In this document: positions 11,299-19,267 of the stretch, piece after piece
Position numbering within the stretch: position 1 is the first letter of the stretch
Layout: every line of letters starts with the position of its first letter
Assembly (NCBI RefSeq): GCF_000760515.2
Contig: NW_013546289.1
Coordinates: 62,001 to 97,904 of the forward strand
DNA: 35,904 nt
Source of the DNA: Mitosporidium daphniae
Lineage: Eukaryota
Direction: 5' to 3'
Made by a program: the position numbers and the translations under genes
The notes under the pieces: generated by a model
Told to the model about the DNA's origin: nothing
What the model saw: the letters and a program-made list of their open reading frames with translations, nothing else
Database searches by the model: none

Positions 11299-12872
11299 TT
11301 AATAGTTATATTTCTCGCAAAAATCGGCGTGGAACTTCTGTAAAGCCCCGGTGAATTCGGAAAAGAAGGACTCCTCAGGCAGAAAAGTAAATCGCAAATG
11401 GTATGTGTTTGAAGCTTGACCAAATCCAGACCCATTGACAGTGCACTATGAAGTCATAAAAAACAAATACAATTCCGGTTGCTCTCAAAAGCTCCAACGC
11501 ATACAAAGTGTCGGGTTCCAATTCCAAGCGCCGGGCCTCCTTCAGAAACGCTTTTGGAAATGAAAATTTGGGGAACAAATAAAGAGCTCCCTGAGGCCTG
11601 GCACAAGTAACCCCTTCCATTTTATTAAGCGCCTCTGAAAGCATTTGTGCCCTTCTTGCAAGCGATTCTAAAATTATCAAAGCACCATTTACCTTTGATT
11701 GCCGTGATTTCCTGGACGTGTTTCTCATATTCACTGTCCGCATCAGGCGTTAGGGGATCAACCATCAGGCCCAGCATAACTTGGCCATCGATCGCTGAGC
11801 AAAGGGAAATTGACATAAGCTTGTAAAACTGGCTCAGGATTTCTTGGTCAATGTTTGTGCATGCGACATATCCTCCCCGCTTTCCGCACTCGCCAAGCAA
11901 TCCCTTTGACGTGGAATGGAACGAAAATATTTCCACAGCATCCAGAAGAGCCGGATTTTTACGCGAAGCCGACAAAAGCGCCTTTCTGGCAGAGCAAAAT
12001 TGTACCTCAGAATCCCAAACATTGTTCTGATAAACCTCATCGGAAAGCAGCACTAGACGCTCATTCAGACAAAATTCGATGATATCTTCCAGATCTGCAC
12101 AGGAGAGCACATTTCCTGTTGGGTTTCCTGGATTGATGATACAAAGAGCCCTCACATCGACTCCGCGCCCTCGTGCTTCGGTCAATGAGGTTTTTAGAGC
12201 TTCAAGGGAAAAGGTCCATCGGCCAAATCGCTCCGCTGGCTCCTGCAGCGAATAAAAAACCGGAACGCCATGTAGCAGAGAAATGGACGCAGAATAGAGA
12301 GGATATTGCGGCTTCGGGATTAATACGCCGACCGAGCGATCGCTAATAACCAACGAAAGCACGGACTGGATGGCAGATGACGCACCATTTGTCAGGAAAA
12401 TATGGTCTGGATCGCACGAAACGGAGGTTTCATCTGGGGCTGTCGAGAACGAGTCGCGCTTTTCAATAAAGGACGCAATCAGTTTTCGGATGAACAGGTG
12501 CCCTTGTGAGTGCGAATATGCGCCCATACTGTTTTTTAACTGCGAGCGATAAAAAGACGCTCGTTCATATACGGCTGGAGCAAATAGATCGGATATCTTT
12601 TTGGCATTTGAAGTGCCTCCAAGCGCATCAAAAGACTCCATCAATGCAACAACCTTTCGATAAAAGGAAATCGGGGGCTGATTGAGGGCCTGGGGATTGC
12701 CAACGTTGCAGGGCAAAATGCGCTTAAACGGCAAGTTTGAATTTCCGGCTTCCAAAAGCCTCTTGAGCCTTTCGCTCTCAATGGCTATCTCACCTCGTAC
12801 TGCATATTCTGAATGAAGGATGCCCTGTGAGAGCTTTGAAGGGATAAGAACACGTCCTCGTTTTAATGTCAT
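11299..12872 (-). CDS. ALT1: Alanine aminotransferase (PLP-dependent); introns 11692-11668 and 11470-11446
   Basis: EYAVRGE, NVGNPQ, GAYSHSQG, PQYPLYSA, INPGNPTG, DEVYQ, SFHSTSKGLLGECGKRGGY, QGALYLFP, and after splicing GICTVNGSGFGQ...HLRFTFLP. Confidence 0.95.
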
Positions 12873-13148
12873 GTTTTTTCTTCAAGTTCTAAGCGCTCAA
12901 AGATCACTTTGATGAGAAATCGTAGCTTTGGGTGATGTCGCCAATGATTATGTGTGTGAGTGCAAACCAAAAAAGGACAATATCACACCAATAGCACAAT
13001 TTTAAATTCATTAAAAGGTGGCAAATACCCGTTTAATTTGGCTGCCAACGGAGTCCTGAACTTTTAAAGCTCCCAGTGATTAATTGTTTTACATCACGAG
13101 CCAAATTGCAATTTATTTAGTGAAACATTTGTCATAGTTACGGTGAAA

Positions 13149-14189
13149 ATGGCTCTCCCTCATACTGTGGCCGCGGCTGTCATCATCTCCGACTGCATTG
13201 ACGAGAATGCGCGCGTCAGGCAGCAATGTAGATTTGCATCTCTGTTTAGTATCGAACCGTCCTATATTGGAGTGAGCTCGACACACCCGGAACTAGAGGC
13301 GGCCGGTCACTTGGTTGACGTTCTTGATGCCCATCGCCTAATGACACCGTCTTCGAGCGGAAATTCGACGCCAATCCAATCTTCGCTGTCGAAGCTTGCA
13401 AATGCCTCGCACAATCAAAAAGATGCCTCCTCCCCATTCACTGCTGTGATTATTGTTAATGTCGCGCCCAGGACGGAATCCATCAAAAAGCGATGGGGAA
13501 ATGGGCCACCGTTCTGCTTTTTCGCAATTAGCGGCGTCCTTGTTGTCAGCACGTATTCCCAGCTTATTTTGTCGCTATTGTTTCGGATTCTAAAAAGGGA
13601 AAACAATGCCTCGCTGCCTCAAATTCACGTCATGAAAACGCAAGCTGTCATTCAGCACGCTGCAAATCAGAATTGGATCCCACTTGACGAGGCCAATAGA
13701 ATTATCAACACCCAATTCAGGTCCTATGAGTTTGTCCCGCTCGCTGCGTATTGGATAGTTACACGAGGAGGCTCCAGTGCCATCCCACATGACCTGGCCT
13801 CGATTTTGGAAAAAGAAGGTCAAGACCAGTGTGAGCAGGAGCATCAAGAAGAGGGTAAAAGAAATAATCAAGCAGACGATAAGAGTCTAAACCCATTCAT
13901 TTGGTTTATCGACAATTTTGGAAATTGCAAGACTTCTCTTCTGCCAGAGGACATTGATTTTATGGAAAACAGGATTTACTCTGTCACGCTAGAAAACAAC
14001 CAATCATTAATCATCAAAGCCTGCGGCATCAAGAGGCTATCAGATGCTGTCCCATTGGTGCCAACTGTTCTCGTTGGTTCATCTGGATATAAGAATTACC
14101 GGTTTTTAGAGTTGGTTATTAAAAACGACAATTTTTCCAACAAGACTAGAGCCTCAATTGGCCCCTTTTCCATTTCTTTGGATACTTAA
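13149..14189 (+). CDS. SAM hydroxide adenosyltransferase / SAM-dependent halogenase-fold protein (DUF62-like), prokaryote type
   Basis: Intronless. N-terminal IISDC (cf. LxTDFG), VIIVNVAPR (cf. VVDPGVG), TQFRSYEFVP (cf. TFHGRDxFAP), WFIDNFGNCKT (cf. IDxFGNxxT), VGSSG...FLELVI (cf. GSSGxLEIAV), in the family order. Confidence 0.72.
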   Translation: MALPHTVAAAVIISDCIDENARVRQQCRFASLFSIEPSYIGVSSTHPELEAAGHLVDVLDAHRLMTPSSSGNSTPIQSSLSKLANASHNQKDASSPFTAVIIVNVAPRTESIKKRWGNGPPFCFFAISGVLVVSTYSQLILSLLFRILKRENNASLPQIHVMKTQAVIQHAANQNWIPLDEANRIINTQFRSYEFVPLAAYWIVTRGGSSAIPHDLASILEKEGQDQCEQEHQEEGKRNNQADDKSLNPFIWFIDNFGNCKTSLLPEDIDFMENRIYSVTLENNQSLIIKACGIKRLSDAVPLVPTVLVGSSGYKNYRFLELVIKNDNFSNKTRASIGPFSISLDT

Positions 14190-14286
14190 GGCATCCACCT
14201 TAGACGAGCCAACCATTGATTGGCCGAGAGCCTTAACACAGTGATCAATTTTGAGCATAAATTTTTTTGCTTATTGGTACTAGATA

Positions 14287-15762
14287 CTAAATTTTAATGA
14301 TGTAAGTGCATACGGCAGAAACAGATCCAATGATCAGGTGTAATATTCCAGTAGCAAGGCACACATAGGCGAGAACTTTTCTCATCGGCTTCTCGTCGAT
14401 AAGGCCTTTTTCCATGCATTTTAAGGAGCACAGAGCAGGAATGGTAAACAAAATTGATGATCCCGATATTGGGACGAAAAAGTCAAAAACAGCCAGCACG
14501 GAAGGAAATAAAATTGCACACATGCAAGAAATAAATACAAGAATACCAGCTTCAATGGTATGCCTTTGGTTCTTTGCATTGTCAAATTTTTCTTCTAAAA
14601 GATCAATTTTCCCTCGTGGAAAATTGGTGGACCCTAATGACGATGGCGGAGCTGCAGAAATCTTTTTGAAAGCAAGTCTCCGGTTGTCGATACTTTTAAT
14701 GACCTCTCTGATTAACCAATCTAAAGACAACCTTGCAGGCCAGTGGATAAGAGGAAAAGTAACAATATTTACCAGCACGACAAGGATTTGAGCTAGCAGA
14801 TAGAAAGGATTTTGCTTGAGCAAGATGTAAGAAATAGAGTCTTCACATGCAGAGCCAAAGTGAAGATATCCAAACGTAGTCGTCAAAATGTAGAAGGTAA
14901 CAATGACAAATTGACTGCGAAATAGTAATTTTGAGCGACGAGATGCTGTAGGGCTTTCCATCTCTGAGATCAGAGGAAGAATTGAGGGGTGATTGATGTA
15001 CGCCAGCATGAACGTATTAAAGGCAGACATCAAAGCAAGGCTAAACTTGAAGTACGAAATATTTGACGAGACCAATCCGAGGCCGGGGTAGATTCCAACA
15101 AGACCCCCGTTAATCCAAGAATCGTAAAAATAGTCAAAAATCGTCAGGAGGGAAAGGTAAGTAACGCAAATCAGCCCCATCACAGAGACAAACGAGAGTT
15201 TGGACAAATTTTTCAAAAGACAAAGCGGCAGAATCACAAAAAACGAAAGGATCACCGTAATGATTGTGGGATTGACGAAAATAGAGTGTGAACTTACCCC
15301 CAAGGACATGATAAAGTTGTACGCGAAAATTCCGTTAAGCTTGATGTACGCAATCATTGGGGTGAATAAAAGCAACAGCTGCAAAATGACGATCGACGTT
15401 TCCACAGACTTTCCATAACACCTGCTGGAGAGCGAGATGTAATCAGAAACGCCAAGTGTACTCATTTGTGACAAAAGAAGCTGCGGAACAAATGTAACCG
15501 CTGCACAAAAGACAATCAGCACAAGTCCAAGTATAAGGCCACAATGGTTCATCGCCTTGGGTAGGAAAATCATACCACACCCTATGGTTGTTTTGACCAA
15601 ATTATAGCCAGTACCGGAAAGCGAATTTAGAGGTTGCTTTTCCTGGATCAATCGTTGAGATGCAGAAATTTCGTCTGTATTTGGCTGCTTAAACTGCGGA
15701 GATGATTTTACTGCAATATTGCTGGCTCGAGCGGGCCCTTTCTCGACATCAAGTGAAGGCAT
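14287..15762 (-). CDS. Amino-acid transporter, AAAP/Aa_trans (AVT/SLC38-like) family
   Basis: YNLVKTTIGCGMIFLPKAM, ILPLCLLKNLSKLSFVS, LAYINH, FGYLHFG, FPLIHWPAR; about 11 hydrophobic segments. Confidence 0.9.
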   Translation of the reverse strand: MPSLDVEKGPARASNIAVKSSPQFKQPNTDEISASQRLIQEKQPLNSLSGTGYNLVKTTIGCGMIFLPKAMNHCGLILGLVLIVFCAAVTFVPQLLLSQMSTLGVSDYISLSSRCYGKSVETSIVILQLLLLFTPMIAYIKLNGIFAYNFIMSLGVSSHSIFVNPTIITVILSFFVILPLCLLKNLSKLSFVSVMGLICVTYLSLLTIFDYFYDSWINGGLVGIYPGLGLVSSNISYFKFSLALMSAFNTFMLAYINHPSILPLISEMESPTASRRSKLLFRSQFVIVTFYILTTTFGYLHFGSACEDSISYILLKQNPFYLLAQILVVLVNIVTFPLIHWPARLSLDWLIREVIKSIDNRRLAFKKISAAPPSSLGSTNFPRGKIDLLEEKFDNAKNQRHTIEAGILVFISCMCAILFPSVLAVFDFFVPISGSSILFTIPALCSLKCMEKGLIDEKPMRKVLAYVCLATGILHLIIGSVSAVCTYIIKI

Positions 15763-15977
15763 TAAACCAAGATGTATTGTTTTTGAAATTATTAACGATG
15801 AGCCAATACATTTAGCGGAATGAGTAATTTAATGACTAGTCTTAAATTTTAATTGTCGTGACACATCATCACTTGAGCCCCAACAATCCTTACAAAACGA
15901 ACACTTTACAGGGCTAGTAAAATATTTAACGAGGGGGGGGGGTACTTTTTAATTAATATTACAAGCTACTCTGGTGA

Positions 15978-16700
15978 CTAAATAACATTTCCATCCGCAG
16001 ATACACGCTGAGGCAGGCTGACTGCGTTCTTCCGCGCCTGGGCAGCCAGCAACCGTTCTGAACATAAGCTAGCATAAACTTACCGGCAGGAGATCCATGC
16101 CTCTCGCCAGGAGAGTCCTTCTTAAAAGCATAGCTAATTGACAGGGGCTTGTTGCACAAAAACTGATGGTTCATGGTTTGAAGGGCCAGGTCGGATGCCT
16201 CGAAGGTATCAAACGAGATGAATCCAAACCCTCTGCTCGCATTCGAATCCGGCTCCCTGGCCACGTTTGCAGAGAGGACATTTCCAAAAGAGGAAAAGGT
16301 ATCATAAAGCATTTTCTCGTCAACCTCTGAATCGAGATTGCCAACAAAAAGGTTCGCACCGACGTCCAGGTTCCTTTTGTCGGCAGATGCCTTGTTAACA
16401 CGAATTGAACGCCCATAGAGCTTGATCATGTTCATTATACGAATTGCATAATCTGCATCTTCTTCGCACTCAAACTCGACAAATCCAAAGGATTGATGTG
16501 TCTGCGAAACTCTATCCTTTGGCAGCTTTACACTGGTCACAGGTGCAGCCTGGGCAAACAATTCCCACAACAGGGATTCGGTTACTTTTTCATCAAGATT
16601 ACCGACGTAAATGGTTGCCTCTACGTATGAAGGCTTTGGAAAAAATACCTTGGTTGCCCTCTGCACCGAGACCCAGGTACGTGTTTGGGTCAGAGCTCAT
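15978..16700 (-). CDS. SF3B4: U2 snRNP splicing factor SF3B4/SAP49/Hsh49; introns 16648-16621 and 16083-16058
   Basis: Two RRMs; [71 protein letters not shown] after splicing. Confidence 0.96.
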
Positions 16701-16704
16701 GTGA

Positions 16705-16804
16705 AAATCAAATCAAGCAAAGTAAATTAAATGAAATCAAAGTAAATTAAATTAAATGAAATCAAAATTAAATTAAATGAAATCAAAGTAAATTGAATTG
16801 AATT
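16705..16804. repeat. AT-rich minisatellite of 5-bp units (AAATC/AAAGT/AAATT/AAATG) filling the SF3B4-MCM10 divergent spacer
   Basis: TAAATTAAATGAAATCAAA-type block recurring three times plus partial copies. Confidence 0.85.
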
Positions 16805-16822
16805 TGTTCGTTGCAATATTTA

Positions 16823-17995
16823 ATGAATGGTGGGGACAAGGAAAATAGCTTTACCCGCGGTCTGGTTTCAAATGTTGTAAAACAAAAAAGCGTCAATTCG
16901 GAATTTTGCCCCGATTACAATGGATACGTCGTACACTTCAACAAGATTCGGCCAGTTGAGACTTTCCTCTTGGACATCGAAAGCCACGATGGAAATCTCG
17001 TGTCCAAAATATTAGTAAACAATTCATATGTCCCCCTGTCTGCAATCTTTTTAAGACTGATCGAAGCTTGTTCAAAGAAAAAATACCTTACCAGCAAGGA
17101 TGTGTATTTTTGTATTTCCAAGCTAGCAAAATACAATTCTGACGCACTCTCTTTAATCACCATAGGTATAATTTCGCAAATCGATACAGGCGCCTCTACA
17201 TCTTGCCCGCAAAAGTGCAGATCGTTGATTGTCCACTGCAAAGAAGACTATCAAGTTGGAATCATGGTGTTTTTCAAAGGAGACCATAAGCTGCTAGAAG
17301 TTGGCCGCGAAATCGCCATCATAAATCCGCTGCTTATTTTTTCGACCGGAGCTACGCTTCGATATGAGCAGCAGGTATGCAATTTTACAAGGTCGGTATG
17401 TTTTTTAATTTGTAGCCCGCTATTAAACATTGCCTTTTACGTTGGCAATATTAAAAGGTCTGCTCTATTTCTATCAAAGCACGATGGGATGAAGTATTGT
17501 TGCTCCAAGACCCCGTGTTTGGTGCCGCTATTTGGTAGGAAGGATTCAGAAAATGCATATTGCAGCATACATTTGGCCGAATCGATTTCTCGGAAGTTCG
17601 TGCGTATCAGACCTGATCTGGCTGCTGGCCATTCCTGCCTTCTTGATCCAAACTCAAAGGCGCTAAAGGCATCAATTGAAAAATTTGATGCCAGAGTCAT
17701 TCTAAAGGAGCTGCTTTTCGAATTTCCAATGTCATCCAGAAAAAATCTGGTCAAGTTGGTTGGCATGGAAATGCCCTGTATTCACAAGGACAGGGTACAC
17801 AAAAAGTCATCGCCATCAATACCTATGAAGAAAGACCCAGCGGGTCCGACGCACCAGGAAGGTTTGTCGAACCCTTTGGCCGAAATTGTTAGCATTTCGC
17901 AAGCCGAATCTCGCAAGAGATCCTTTATAGAGGATGCCATTTCAAAGACCAAAGCAGCTCCGGTTCTAGGAAGAAACTGGATGCAAAATAAATAG
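16823..17995 (+). CDS. MCM10: Diverged MCM10-like replication factor
   Basis: OB-fold-like VGREIAIINP (cf. GxVIAILNP) followed by a CCCH-like zinc finger (YCCSKTPC...AYCSIHL) and RPDL. Confidence 0.6.
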   Translation: MNGGDKENSFTRGLVSNVVKQKSVNSEFCPDYNGYVVHFNKIRPVETFLLDIESHDGNLVSKILVNNSYVPLSAIFLRLIEACSKKKYLTSKDVYFCISKLAKYNSDALSLITIGIISQIDTGASTSCPQKCRSLIVHCKEDYQVGIMVFFKGDHKLLEVGREIAIINPLLIFSTGATLRYEQQVCNFTRSVCFLICSPLLNIAFYVGNIKRSALFLSKHDGMKYCCSKTPCLVPLFGRKDSENAYCSIHLAESISRKFVRIRPDLAAGHSCLLDPNSKALKASIEKFDARVILKELLFEFPMSSRKNLVKLVGMEMPCIHKDRVHKKSSPSIPMKKDPAGPTHQEGLSNPLAEIVSISQAESRKRSFIEDAISKTKAAPVLGRNWMQNK

Positions 17996-18043
17996 ATTTA
18001 TTTAAGCCTTTTATTATCGCACCGGTTGAAGAGAGACAACGCA

Positions 18044-19078
18044 CTATGAGGCCCTTTCACTGTCATCTTCTTCAGAATTGTCTTCATCGCCAGAAACTTC
18101 CGCGTTTTCTTGCTCTGCGCGCTTCATCATTGCGTCAAGCTCCAAATCGTCAACGTCAGAAACAACTCTAGGATTCATTTTCACATTTAACATCCCACCG
18201 AAGGAAACGATCTTTTCCGAAATCTTGGCTATCGATGCAGCCAGTAGCTCCAAACCTTGGATTTTGTCAAAACAGTTTGTGAAGATCACATAAAGAGGCG
18301 GGGCAACGAGCTTGATTTTGATGGGAATCTGTTCCGTGGAAAGCGTTTCTCCTGCGCGAAGGGCTTCCTTTATGGCCTCTATTCCTTCGAAAGTATAGCA
18401 CATGACCTCAATATCGGCTCTGATTTTCGCCTTTTGAGGCAATAAGCGGCGATTGATATTGACAAGGATATCGTCCAGAACCTTGGCATCGAGGCCATAT
18501 GGATTTTCGGGGCCCCCGAAAACGCGCTCTGGCTCCTCAATGGCCAGCTTGAAGGCATCATAAGCATGTCCAAATTGTTTATAAAGGGGCCAACCAAGCT
18601 GTTCGTACAGAGATTCCGTCGAGATGGAATGCTTTTCGGAGATGTTTCTCATAATTGTATGAACGGCCTTGCTTTTTAAGAATTTCTCTTCACATTTCTG
18701 TACCTCTTCTGGGGAAACTCTGCGCTTGCTGAGATCGATATAGCCCTTTTCTTTATCCACCCGAAGAACAACGACAACCTCGTTTCTTCCAACTCGAATC
18801 AGTTTTTGGATGGAGCGAATCCTTCTGCGAGAAAGCTCGGAAAGAAGAACCATGCCCTCGATGTTATTATATTCCAGCAGGGTCACATAGGCACCCATTT
18901 CTGCAATTTGACGCACGTTGACCATAACGAGATCATCAACCTCAGGGTATTTGTTCTCGTACATTCTACAATCATACTTGTCCCTATCAACATTGATTTT
19001 AGAGATCGAAGTCTTAGAGATGGAAGCAGACGAAGTTGAAGCCTGAGCTGGAGTTGGAGAGGATGAAGATGAAGGCAT
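18044..19078 (-). CDS. SUI2: Translation initiation factor eIF2 alpha
   Basis: [30 protein letters not shown] (Ser51 site intact), [27 protein letters not shown]. Confidence 0.98.
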   Translation of the reverse strand: MPSSSSSPTPAQASTSSASISKTSISKINVDRDKYDCRMYENKYPEVDDLVMVNVRQIAEMGAYVTLLEYNNIEGMVLLSELSRRRIRSIQKLIRVGRNEVVVVLRVDKEKGYIDLSKRRVSPEEVQKCEEKFLKSKAVHTIMRNISEKHSISTESLYEQLGWPLYKQFGHAYDAFKLAIEEPERVFGGPENPYGLDAKVLDDILVNINRRLLPQKAKIRADIEVMCYTFEGIEAIKEALRAGETLSTEQIPIKIKLVAPPLYVIFTNCFDKIQGLELLAASIAKISEKIVSFGGMLNVKMNPRVVSDVDDLELDAMMKRAEQENAEVSGDEDNSEEDDSERAS

Positions 19079-19267
19079 TTAAAATGGAATTTAAATAAAT
19101 TTATTTTTTGCATAAAAATTTACTTGTTCCAAACGGGGAGGGGGTGGCGACAGACTAATGGTGTATCGGCAACACCTGGTCAAAATAATTACTTTTTGAA
19201 ATTTAATTAAATAACAGCTATTGCGGAGGGGACATCATCTTTAGTAAATTAAAAATTTCAAGCACTA

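Noticed and set aside
12904..13011. 35-codon hydrophobic minus-strand ORF upstream of the alanine aminotransferase
   Set aside because: I found no typical-size intron joining it in frame to ALT; short enough to be chance.
15931..15942. Poly-G run as a G-quadruplex element
   Set aside because: Single short homopolymer of uncertain length with no supporting context.
16705..16804. Repeat array as CRISPR or telomeric sequence
   Set aside because: No unique spacers, degenerate AT-rich 5-bp units, internal location in a eukaryotic promoter.
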